The notes beneath the pieces were generated by a model. It worked only from the letters and a program-made list of their open reading frames with translations. It was not told the origin of the DNA and did no database searches. From Hypanus sabinus (taxonomy: Eukaryota), in NCBI RefSeq assembly GCF_030144855.1, contig NC_082728.1, positions 29,078,001 through 29,142,000 on the forward strand: DNA of 64,000 nt, read 5' to 3'. Below are positions 41,249-52,375 of the stretch, one piece after another (position 1 is the first letter of the stretch; each line of letters starts with the position of its first letter). A program made the position numbers and the translations under genes.

Positions 41249-42419
41249 TGTCTCACTGTAAATTTAATTTGGTTGCTCACTCTGAAGTTAACATCTCATA
41301 TTAGATGTTTTGGTCAGAAGCATACACCAGTACTGTTAGTATTACATCAAGTAATTAAAGCTGACTGTTTTCAGCATTTTCTATTTTTATTTCAGATTTC
41401 TAGCACCTGCATTTTTGATTATTTTTTAATTGCTTTTTAATTTAACCAGGCCTGGAACAATAATACTCTAGGTGCCCATATATTTTTAACCCTCATTTCA
41501 CTGACTGGTTTCTCACTCTGCATCCTTATACAGATGGAACTCCTCCAACACCAGCTAAAAACATAAGAAACATGAACATGGACAGTTCTGTTGAAAGATC
41601 TCGACCCAGAGCATCTGTCCATTTCCCTGTCCAGGTGCTGTCTGACCAGTCACCTCAACTCTGACCTGATTCCATCACTCACCTCAACTCTGAACTGATT
41701 CCACAACCTACAAACTCATTGTCAAGGACTCTACAACTCATCTTCAAAATACTATTTATTATTTCTGCTTACACAATTTGTCTTCTTTTACTCATTGGTT
41801 GTCAGTTTTTGTATTGCTTTTTAAAAATAAATTCTATTGTATTTCTTTATATTTTTGTAAACACCTGCAAGAAAATGAATCTCAAGGTAGTATATGGAGA
41901 CATATATGTACTTTGATGATAAATTAACTACGACTTTATTTTATGCTCCTGATTCCCGCAACTGCAATCTCTTGTGTCTCTGGCAGCGGTAGGATATGTG
42001 AATTCTTCAGCTTTTGCCAAGATGGCTGATGGTCTTTTCTTCTTCCTCTTGATTTCTATCGTACCATGTGTAAGTGTGTGGCATATGTGTATGTTGCCTG
42101 CACACACAAATGTTGGCTGGAGAGACTCAAATGTAAAAAAGGATACACATTTTAATAATTTGTGTCTGAGTGATCCAGTATGTTTCTGAAGTTAACAGCA
42201 GTCTTGATTAAGAATTCACACATTATAAGTTGGCCATGGAAATGTAAAAGATGCACATCAAGAACAGAAAAAGAAGTGGATCTTGTGGAAATGTTGTTAA
42301 ATCTGCAGGAATCAACAAGGACAATAGATACCAGACTTTGAGTGAGTAACAGCAAACATGGGCAGAGAAAATAGTGTCCTTAGTGAGTACTTTGGATAAG
42401 GACTGGCTTAATTCTTGTA

Positions 42420-42738
42420 ATGTATTTATTTATTTAGTGATACAGGCCGGAGTAGGTCCTTCTGATCCTTCTGGACCTTCAAGACACGTCATTGCCCTAG
42501 CAGCCCTCAACAAACCCCAACTAGCCCTAACCTAATTACAGGACAGTTTACCATGACCAATTATCCTACCCGGTACATCTTTTGATTGTGGGAAGAAACT
42601 GGAGGACACAGAGAAAACCCACGCATTCCTCAGCAAGTCAGGCAGACTCCTTACAGATGGCAACAGGATTGAACTCCAAACTCCGGAACGCCATAAGCTG
42701 TAATAGCGTCATGCTAACTGCTATGCTACCATGGTACC
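42420..42738 (-). mobile_element. V-SINE (HE1-like)
   Basis: Paralog of 9520-9797; V-domain reverse complement TGTGGGAAGAAACTGGAGGAC.CAGAGAAAACCCACGC. Confidence 0.75.
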
Positions 42739-43026
42739 CAGTAAATGAAATCACAAAGATACAGACTTCATAGATATGGCTTCCAAAGCAATGAGCTGTG
42801 TACATGCACTAGAATAAGAAAGCTCCCACTGGATCCAACAGTGTAGTAATCATGTTTTTGGTTGTTTTGATTGGTCAGAATATGTGGCCAATGTACTAAA
42901 TAGCCTCTGAAGCAAAGGGATCATTGTGAGTTAAACACACAGAATATCACATTGGATCTGGTGTCCAAAATCCCTATGTCTGGAGAGATGGCATTCAGGC
43001 ATTTGATCCCAGTCAAGGTACAGATA

Positions 43027-43575
43027 CACTCAATGGCCACTTCATTATGTACACCTGTACACCTGCTTGTTAATGCACATATCTAATTAGCCAATCACAT
43101 GACAGCAACTCAGTGCATAAAAGCATGCAGACATGGTCAAGAGGTTCAGTTGTTGTTTGTACCAAACATCAGAATGGGGAAGATTCGTGATCTAACTGAC
43201 TTTGATCATGGAGTGATTGTTGGTGTGAGACAGTGTAGTTTGAATATCTCAAAGCTTGCTAATCTCCTGGGAGATTCACACAAAACAGCCTCTAGAGCTT
43301 ACAGAGAATTGTGTGAGAAACAATAAAAATATCTGGTATGCGACAGTTCTGTGGGTGAAAATTCTTTGTTAATAGGAGATGTCAGAGGAGAATGGCCAGA
43401 CTGGTTCAAGCTGACAGGAAGGTGACAATAACTCAAATAACCACGTGTTACAACAATAGTGTGTAGAAAAGCATCTCTGAATGCACAGCATGTTGAACAT
43501 TGAAGTGGATAGGCTATAGCAGCTGAAGACCACAAACATAATCTCACTGGTCACTTTATTTGGCACAGGAGGTAG
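43027..43575 (+). mobile_element. Tc1-like element, 5' part only (TIR plus paired-like HTH region of the transposase), decayed
   Basis: TA then CACTCAATGGCCACTTCATTA..TACACC; ATG at 43174 gives MGKIRDLTDFDHGVIVGVRQ..LNISKLANLLG..KTASRAYRE, later RRMARLVQADRKVT..QITT. Confidence 0.85.
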
Positions 43576-44399
43576 GTTGGTATCACTCACAATTATGGAG
43601 TGATAGCCTTCTTGATACCCAAAGGAGAATCCAAAGTGCATAGGCAGAACTGTCATATATTGCTGTTGGAGATATAATGGAAGCCATCCATCCCATAAAT
43701 GCCAATTCAGAATGTCAAAATAACATGGTCAATGAAAACGGATACATCTCCTCAGTGATATAAGTTTAAAACCAAGATAATTGACAAAAGAAAATCCAGG
43801 AACACAATTTTTTTCATTGGGTGGAAGCTTTCACGCAGGAAATCTATTGGCACTGAAGCCAATGTGGACAATGAAGAAATACATTGGGGAAGAAAGCATT
43901 CATATCACCAACCACAATGATCCAAAGCAGTTTGTGGTTCTAGAAAGCAAGCTCATCACCACCTTCCCAAGCACAATTGGTAAAGATGGGTAATAAATGC
44001 CAACGTTGTCTGTGAAAATTAATTACATAAAAAATAAAACTACTTTGAGCCAAAAGTATAATTAAATGATCATTCCCACAGCATGAACATTGACATGGCA
44101 ATAAATTAATCAATCCTTAGTAGGGAAACATATTCAGATCAATGGTTGTAGCCGATGAATCTATCGGCCAACGTTGAAGGGCAAGGGTTGGCTTTGTGAG
44201 TTGAAGCTAGACTGGTAGGTGGCCCTCTGTACAGAGGTTCCCAAATCATGCCTTTACTAGCTATTGTGAAGAGTATGTAAATTTTTCAAGGATACCTGCC
44301 AGGTATTACAGATTATAATGTCCATAGCAGGCCAGCTTAAAAGCCAACCTCTCATTAGCCTCAACTTGTCCCAGGAGGACATTTAGATATATTAGAAAT

Positions 44400-44600
44400 A
44401 CATAGGATTGTAATGAAGGTCAGCCACACTGACTGGGCAGCACCTACTGTAATAATGCCTAAAATGGACAGATCCAATTACCAGGTGGCATTGAACCTGG
44501 TATTTGTTGACAAGAAGTACCCATTAATTACCTCACTGCAGATATATGCAGATTTTACAGGAGCCAAATTTATCACCAAAATCATTCTGTCAGATGTACG
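44400..44600 (+). mobile_element. Old Gypsy reverse-transcriptase fragment
   Basis: VSHTDWAAPTVIMPKMD...LN..VDKKYPL...GAKFITKI.LS matches the Gypsy RT N-terminal pattern S.WAAP.V.VPK.D...YPLP...G.K.FSK.DL. Confidence 0.65.
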
Positions 44601-44614
44601 GGCTTAGCTGAATA

Positions 44615-45470
44615 AAACATAGGAATAGATTAGACCATTTGATCCATTGAATCTGCCCAGCCATTCCATCATAGCTGATTTATTTTTCCTTCTTAACTCT
44701 ATTCTCCTGTCTTCTCTCCTTAACCTTTGACAACCTTACTGATCAAGAACCTATCAATTTCTACTTTAAATATACTCAATGACTTGGCTTCCACTGCTGT
44801 CTGTGGCAATGAATTCCTCAGAATCACCACCCTCTGGCTAAAGGAATTCTTCATCATCTCTGTTCTAAAGGGACGTCCAATAATTCTGACGCTGTACACT
44901 CCTAGTCCTAGAGTCTCTCACTACTAGAATCCATGCCCATTCAGTTCAGGCCTTTCAATAATTGATAGGTTTCAATGAGATCTCCGCTCGTCCTTCTAAC
45001 CTCCAGCAACTCCGTATACATTAACCCTTTCATCCTTGGGATTACTCTTCTAAACCTTCAGCACATCCTTCCTTAGATATTGGTTGGTGCATGGTCAAGT
45101 GGTCAAGGCGTTCATCTAGTGATCTGAAGGTCACTAGTTTGAGTCTTGGCTGAGGCTGCGTGTGCGTCTTTGAGCAAGGCACCTAACCACACATTGCTCT
45201 GCAACGACACCGGTGCCAAGCTGTATGGGTCCTAATGCCCTTCCCTTGGACAACATCACTGGTGTGGAGAGGGGAGACTTGCAGCTTGGGCATCTGCTGG
45301 TCTTCCATAAAAAATCCTTTCCCAGGCTCGCACCCTGGAAAGTTTCCAAGGCGCAAATCCATGGTCTATCAAGACTAACAGAGGCCTACACTACACACAC
45401 CTTAGATATTGAGTGCAAAATGGCTGACAATGCTCCAAATATGGTCCAACCAATGTCTTATAAAATCATA
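44615..45470 (-). mobile_element. CR1 3' fragment interrupted by a SINE
   Basis: Homologous to 13380-13870; continues across the 45083-45399 insertion. Confidence 0.8.
45083..45399 (+). mobile_element. tRNA-headed SINE with CORE-like block and LINE-derived 3' half
   Basis: A box TGGTCAAGTGG (45092-45102); B box GTTTGAGTC (45137-45145); TTGAGCAAGGCACCTAACC; (CA)-rich tail; 12-bp TSD CCTTAGATATTG at 45071-45082 and 45400-45411. Confidence 0.88.
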
Positions 45471-48400
45471 GCATTAAACCCTTGTGTGTGGGTGTTTTGC
45501 ATCCAGAGTGTTGCTGGTACTGCAATCACCCGGGCAAGTAAAATGTATTTTGTCATGTTGCAGACTTGAATCTTGTAGATGATGGAAAGGCTTTGTGGTA
45601 TCATAGGATAAATCCTTTCCTGCAGTATACCCAGTTCCTGAATGATCTTGATGCAAGAGTATGTATATGCCTAGTCCAACTGAGTTTTTTGTTTCATCAG
45701 GGATAAATCACAGTATGTTGATGATGAAGAATATGACAATGAAAACACCATTGAATATCAAGGACAGGTAAGTAGATTTGTCAGTACCTAGGCTGCCACT
45801 TACCAGCAATGCTTTAATGTTGTCTTCTTGTGTTATGCGCAAGATTCTCTTTTTGAATGGACTTGAGCATTATGCAGCCATGAGCATTCACAACCATTTT
45901 GACATTAGGAGGGATCAGTGGTCATTGATAAGCAGCTGAAGATGTGCCATGGTGCTGCTGAGAAACTGGAAAGAAAAAACCATTTCAAGGAAGATATACT
46001 GGATCCAAAAATTGAGTTGTGTGGTAAATGGCAGATTGGCTTCAGATCTTCAACAGAAGATCCTACACAGCAACAACAGTAATGGAACCTTCATTGATAC
46101 TTGTTGTGGCCTATGAATAAAGAAGCAGTTTTGTTTGATTTTGCAAAAGGACCCCAGATCTGAAGCAAAGATCCAGAACTCCATGAGCACATAGTTGCAA
46201 AGAGCATAGCAGGCAATTGTTGTTCTGGATATCCAGGATAATGCACACATCTGTTCCCGTCTACCCACAAGACTAATGGTCACCTTGCTGTTGCCTGACC
46301 TACTGATGAGTCATCAATGCAATGAAAATCATGCAACAAACCTTCTCTGGGGTGTTCCTGAGCAAGTACTGTCTATGCTGTGGAATGGATCAGAACTATT
46401 TCTTTTAAACAGTGTATATAAAACAGGAACTGCATGTTTCCTGCTGGCAACAAACTGGATGTTGGACTGTTCTGCTTGTGTTCAAATAAATTGGGTATAT
46501 TTGTATAAACTAAATTTCCATAATCAAGTAAGTAGAAAAGTTATTTACTGGTCAGTGTCTGGAGGGTTAAAGTTATGACTATAGTAAGTACTACAAGAAA
46601 AATGATTTAAAAAATATACCAAGGATTTTGTGAATGACAACCAGTGAATATTATGCTTTGAAAGGGTAATGTATAAATCTAGAAAAAGAAAATTTGTTAA
46701 GGGCAGGAAGAACCTCAATAATGTATTAATAGCTCTCTCAGGCAGCCAGAAAGGGTAAAAAAGCAGAATGACTCCTTCTTCAAAGGCCCATGAGGTAGGA
46801 TTCTCAATTTTATTGCCTCAGATTGTACGGACAAGAAAATATGCCATGGAAGATTGCATGCCCTTTGGAACTTCCTCCTGTTAATTTCAATGTGCAGTCA
46901 TCTCTGCCAGCATTTCCTTTGTGCAAGCTGCTGAAACAATGCTTAATGCTTAGTCAATAAAGGCAATAACCTGTTCTCACATTTAATAGATATCAGGGCT
47001 ATGATTTGATCATGTGTTGCTCTCCTGGCTTTTGCCTCCTATCAATGGAAAAATGCCTTTATGAGCAAACCTACTCAGCTCCACTGAAAGGAATGAAGTA
47101 AATATATAATACTTTACACTCAAAACCACCCAGATGATGCACTTGTTAGACAATATTAATTTGATTTCTCAATCATGACCTCTGAGTGAACTTTCAAACA
47201 TATTTCAAATGGACGCTTTCCCTATTTTCACTACCGTCCCTGTTATTTCTGATTCAGGTTGCTAAGTAGTAAATAGTTTACTTGCCTTTTATAGTTTTCA
47301 CATTCATTTCAGTCATTTCCAGGAGAGGCATTTTCATGTGTCAAACAGCATAATACCCTCAAGCTCAAAATCTATTTCTAGAACTGCAGTTCACCAATTC
47401 ATTTAAGTGTAAATTGTAGAACATATAGGTCTTTTTTATCAAGAAAAGCAATGTTGGAATTAGAAACAAATTAGTTTCTGCTGGCTGATTTTTGGGCAGA
47501 TGGATTGAGAGGAAGGAAGGAAAATATTTTATATAAAAGAAAGCTATTTTTGGTGTATGGGACTCCCTTGGTTACAGCAAGCCTCATTGACACTAAGCTG
47601 TTATAGATGCCTGGAAGCAGGTTCTTCCTGGCTCTGTTGTAAGGTTCACTGAATTTGAAAAGTCTTGTACTTCAACCATAGATGATACAATCTAGCCTAG
47701 ATCAGTTATGTTTAATTAGATTCAGAGGAACACACAGAGAATACGTTTGAGTTGCTGGAAGGGATGCAAAATGAAAGGAAGACTGTCAGTGATGTGACAA
47801 TTGTTAAATAAACTGGAACAGCAATAGCAGTATATATGTTTGTTTTATCCTTATGGTATATAATTTACAAGATGCTTTTCAAGGTTAGTTTATTACATTA
47901 GTTCAGCTTATATGGTTCCAAAATGAGCTAAATAAATGTGAACAATCCATTACTGTAATTTAGATTCTTAACAAGCATTAAAATTACATTTAATGAAAAC
48001 TGCATTACACAACTCTGATTAATCAACAATGGAAAGTCTAAAATTCACACAATCCCTCTTAACATTCAGATCAGTCACCAGCAGCTTGGCTGCTGGTGGT
48101 TTACATGTTGCTTGTCAAAAGCATATCAGCACGTAGACACTTCAAGAGTTGGTTTTGCTTTTAATTAGTTGCATACAGTATTGGGAATGGAATAGGTGCT
48201 GTAATGACATTGCTGTTACCTTGATTTAGCGCATTAAAACTTCACAGATGGTGGGTGTGTAGCTTTATAATAAAAAAGGTGCACTTTCAGGGCAACCACC
48301 CACCGACTGTAATAAGCAATCAATTTACCCCATAGTGCATGGGGCAGGTACCCAAAAATAGTTTCAATGAGTACTTTTCTCTTCCACTTTGAAACCTTTA

Positions 48401-48486
48401 CATGCAGCAGGGCTTCTCAGGATAGTTTATCTGAAGTGTTGCTTCTTGATATACTAAACCATCCACATGTAGCAAATTTTCTCAGA

Positions 48487-48632
48487 GCAATGCACCTAAA
48501 AATGCTGGATGAACTCAGCAGGTCAGGCAGCATCTATGGAAATGAATAAACAGTTGTCATTTTGAGCCGAGACCCTTCAGTAGGACCCTTCTCCAGCATT
48601 TTGTGTGTGTTGCTTTGGATTTCCAGCATCTC
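48487..48632. repeat. Penelope-type terminal repeat with short inverted arm
   Basis: AAAATGCTGGATGAACTCAGCAGGTCAGGCAGCATCTATGG...GAGACCCTTCAG followed by CTCCAGCATTTTGTGTGTGTTGC. Confidence 0.7.
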
Positions 48633-50559
48633 AGGCTTAAAATTTTATCAGTTTGTTTTGGTAATGTCCAACATCTCATATCAACATTAACTTAATGGTA
48701 GATTTTAAACTGACTACTGTTCAAAAGAGCAACAAATAATGATCACCACCACAGGTTTCCCATTTCAAAGGCTTGCTACCTTGTGAAATGTGATTTACTG
48801 TTTCTGAGTCGATATGCAATTGACAAACACAAGTCGTAAATAAAACAAATTTGTTCCCTGACATCTTTGGTGCACACTTATCGTCTCCTCTCCATCCTTT
48901 GATTTTTCCCAATTTGTTCAAAACCTGTCTTTTTATTTTCCATTTTTCTGGCTCCTCACCTCGGTCACTAATGATAGCAAGTGTGGTTGAGAAATCAACT
49001 CCCTTGTCACATTAGTTCTGCATTGAACTGGTTGCTAGGAAATAGGTTAAGTGGCCCAGGATGATTCTCTCTCTGTGATGAAGAACCCAACATCCAAATA
49101 CTAAAATACTTAACTGTAAGGGAATGTGGGAAATAAAACTTGTATCACACCCTCCACATTTTTGGAAAAACTTTTTGGCTTAGAAATATAATATTTTTGA
49201 CTTATGCTTACAAATTTGGGGACAAGATTGTCTATGCTGCCTGCTACATATACACATTGAGCAAAAGATATCTGATGCATTGTATATCCAGATGTTGAAA
49301 GGATGGCACATTAGCATACATAGAGAACAGTGAACTTTCCTAACATCCCAAGCAGGGGTGGGGTGGGAAAGTGAGGGATGATGGCTGAAGAAAAACACTT
49401 GGTGTTTACAAACTAGGTGGGTACATTGTCAGGTTGAATGCCATCTCAGTTGAAACTGATAGGGTTGTTTTCAATGTCTTGGAATTTGCCTAAGTTACAC
49501 ATAATTGAGTAAAGTGAACAGGAATTCCTAAATCCTACGCACATGCAGTATATGTGAAAATGTGGAAGAGGCCATCTGATCTGTCTGATCCTCTGAAGCT
49601 TCACCAATGCTTCCAGCTTCCAGGAAATTCTGGGATGCTAGGGCTGCTGCTTTCAGATGGGAATTTTTAATTGCTAGTTGAGAAATCTTAATTGTAAGAT
49701 CATCTTAACTGGTGGTGAATTATTCTTACTCAAAGATAAATTTACATGAGTAGTGTTAACATTCTTTCTATTACTATAGAAGAGCTGAAAATAGTTGAAG
49801 ACATATTTTCTGTCTTCTGTCTCCCTTTTAGTCCTTTTGTTTTCTTTCTTTATTTTGCTTGTTGTGCATGTTTTCACAAGTACAGTGAAAACCAGATGGT
49901 GGTAGGGATCTGAAACTCTGCCTGCAGTGTGGTAGAGGCAGAAAGCTTCATCACGTTGAAGAAGTGCCTGGAAATAAACTTGAAGAAAAGACCTACAGGG
50001 CTAGAGGCACAGTGCCAGAAGGTGGATTCAACTCAGGTAGCTCTTTTCAACATCGACACAGACAGGTTGGGCTGGATGGACCCTTTTAGCATTGAATTTT
50101 TTTTTTAATGATTCAGCCTAACTTAAGTTTCCTAGTTTGGATTCTATTTGACATCATGAGATTCTTCAACTTGATTGGTGCCGTGCTGCTGCTTCCTTGC
50201 CCTCACAAATCCCGATAAGACAGCGGTGCGTGTGAAAGCAGTGGTCTCTCGGGGACCACCCAAAGTGCTTTTCCCTCTGTAAAATCAGTTTTTTTATGAT
50301 CCAAAGACAATTCTATTCCAAGAACATCGGGTACTGCAGGAATATTCCATCAGTGAGCTGCTCGTTGATTGGTGTAACTGGATTGGTGCTGGCCGAGATG
50401 CTGAAGGAGCAAGTAGGGACATTGGAGGAACCATTTTGGGTACGGAGCAGCTAGTCTGGCTGCAGACTCTGCTGCCTGCTACTCGGAAGGATTGAAGTTG
50501 GTGCAGTTGGTGGGAGTTTGTCTCACTTGTGATCGCAAGATTCTGTTGGACAGTGATAA

Positions 50560-51556
50560 CACTGGACAAAAAATTTTTTCAAAGGTATTGCTTCCTCAGA
50601 ATTTTTTTTGTGTATGATAGACTGCTTGAAATATAATTTCAGACTACTTGTATCATTTAGAAATTTGGAGAAACAACAAATCAACTTTTATTGAATTTAA
50701 AGTGTTTACTTGCATAATGGTGCTGATGCTTTGCAATAGTTCAACTAAGTTATAAATATTTTGTTAATGTTTTTCATTTGTACTGAAGTGTCTGGAGCTT
50801 CTTGCTTAAGTGTCTAACAATAATTCGCCAGCATTGATGGATTCCAGTTGCCCTTGTATCTTTTCTCCATGACCGCAATGGCCTGGTGAAATCTTTCACC
50901 ATGCTCGTCACTGACAGTACCAAGATTTGCAGGGAAGAAGTCTAAATGGGAATACAGAAAATGAATCTTTAGTGACACGTTGCATTTCATGGTTTTATAT
51001 GCTTGAAGCATGCTTTCAACCAGCTGCATGTAGTTTGGTGCTCTACAGATACCGAGAAAAATCTCAACAACTTCCTTGAATGCCTTCCATGTGATTTTCT
51101 CCTGTCCCACTAGAAGTTGTTCACATTGCCTGTCATTGATGACCTGTTTCATTTGTGGACCAACAAAAATGCTTTCCTTAACCTTGGCATCAGTTATTCT
51201 GGGAAGCATCTGTCTCAAATATCAAAATCCTTCATAGAAATTTTTGTGCCTGGTGATAGCAAATTCCATCCTTACAGTCCTGAACCCGATAATTATTACT
51301 AAAACCTGCCCTGCCATGCAACAGTCGTGCTGCCTAAGCATGCCCAAGCATGCCTAGACAAGATAGGAAACTTTCCAGTTTACATTGTAGGCAACATTTT
51401 AATTGACTTGAATTATGATTTGAAATAATAAACATAAGGTTATTTAAAAAATGGTGTGTGATAGGGAAATTTCATAGTGATTTTCATGATCAGTAGCCCA
51501 AAATTCATAAGGTATAACTAAAGATATTCAGGAAGCAAAATCTTTGTTGTCCAGTG
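50560..51556 (-). mobile_element. Chapaev3 (CMC superfamily) DNA transposon, internally deleted, 997 bp
   Basis: Perfect 10-bp TIR CACTGGACAA / TTGTCCAGTG; 3-bp TSD TAA at 50557-50559 and 51557-51559. Confidence 0.85.
50814..51218 (-). pseudogene. Chapaev3 transposase C-terminal fragment
   Basis: AKVKESIFVGPQ, SLKIHFLYSHLDFFPANLG.VSDEHGERFHQ.I..MEKRY.G.W...MLANYC; stop where Trp is expected; N-terminal part missing. Confidence 0.85.
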
Positions 51557-52233
51557 TAATGTAAGTTGCTTCAGGCCCATTACCCTTTTCTGGTGAAGGG
51601 ACAGTTGATGTAGGAGCTGTGGAGCCTCAGTAGCAGTGAGAACTAGGCCACAAGCCTCAGGCTGGCCAGATACTGCAGGCCAGGTGAGCAATGTGGAAAC
51701 ACTACAGCATGGTTGACCACGGCCGGGGCCTGGCCTTGCCTGTCAGTGCTGCCCTCTGGGGTTCGAGCAGTGGAATGACAGGCAGGATTGCGTGCATCTG
51801 TACACTACCGGGAGACTGTACCATCAACTTCTGCACATTGCCGCTCAGTGTCTTGGACGGTATATATGGTTTTTTTTTAAGTGAAATATGCTTCTTTGAA
51901 TTTGTCGCTTGCTTTTTTTTGAATGTTTTGCACCTTTGCCCCAAAGGAACACTGTTTAATTCAGCTGTATCTATGTATGGCTTGAATGATAAGTAAACTT
52001 GATTTAACTTGTTGTGGTTGGTGCTTTGTTAGATTGGACACCAAAATGCAGCAAAGTGATGGTGAAGATCCTGCAGCAAGTCTATATGACTTGGATTATG
52101 GAAGATCCTCATCATCCAGGCCATGCTTTTTTTTCACTGCTGCCATCAAGGAGAAGGTACAAGAGCCTCAGGACTTGCACCTCCAGGTTCAAGAACTGTT
52201 ACTATCCCTCTGCTGTCAGGGGATAACTACACT

Positions 52234-52375
52234 CACAAACAAGAGAAAAACTACAGATGCTGGACATCCAAGGATCACACACAAAATGCTGGGGGAACTC
52301 AACAGGCCAGGCAGCTACTATGGAAAAAGAGTAGAGTCGATGTTTCAGGCTGGGACCCTTCATCAGGACTGGGGG
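52234..52375 (-). repeat. Penelope-type terminal repeat, best-preserved copy
   Basis: CACAAAATGCTGGGGGAACTCAACAGGCCAGGCAGC...GTCGATGTTTCAGGCTGGGACCCTTCATCAGGACTGG. Confidence 0.75.
52335..52370 (-). ncRNA. Minimal type I hammerhead ribozyme motif (activity unproven)
   Basis: AGUC-CUGAUGA-AGG(GUCCCAG)CCU-GAAA-CAUC^GACU: stem I AGUC/GACU, stem II AGG/CCU, intact core, loopless stem III with one mismatch. Confidence 0.6.

Larger units (their letters stand above)
50170..52010 (+). mobile_element. GC-rich non-coding retroposon with Rex1-type tail, split by Chapaev3
   Basis: GC-rich halves on both sides of the TAA-flanked insertion; ends TGAATGATAAGTAAACTTGATTTAACTTG; 5' boundary approximate. Confidence 0.45.

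Noticed and set aside
45083-45155. tRNA gene
   Set aside because: A and B boxes only, no full cloverleaf, and continues into a SINE body with tail and TSD
45701-45767. Exon-like acidic segment (DKSQYVDDEEYDNENTIEYQGQ) with AG and GTAAGT ends
   Set aside because: Appears to lie within a decayed antisense LINE fragment (~45550-45950); most likely chance
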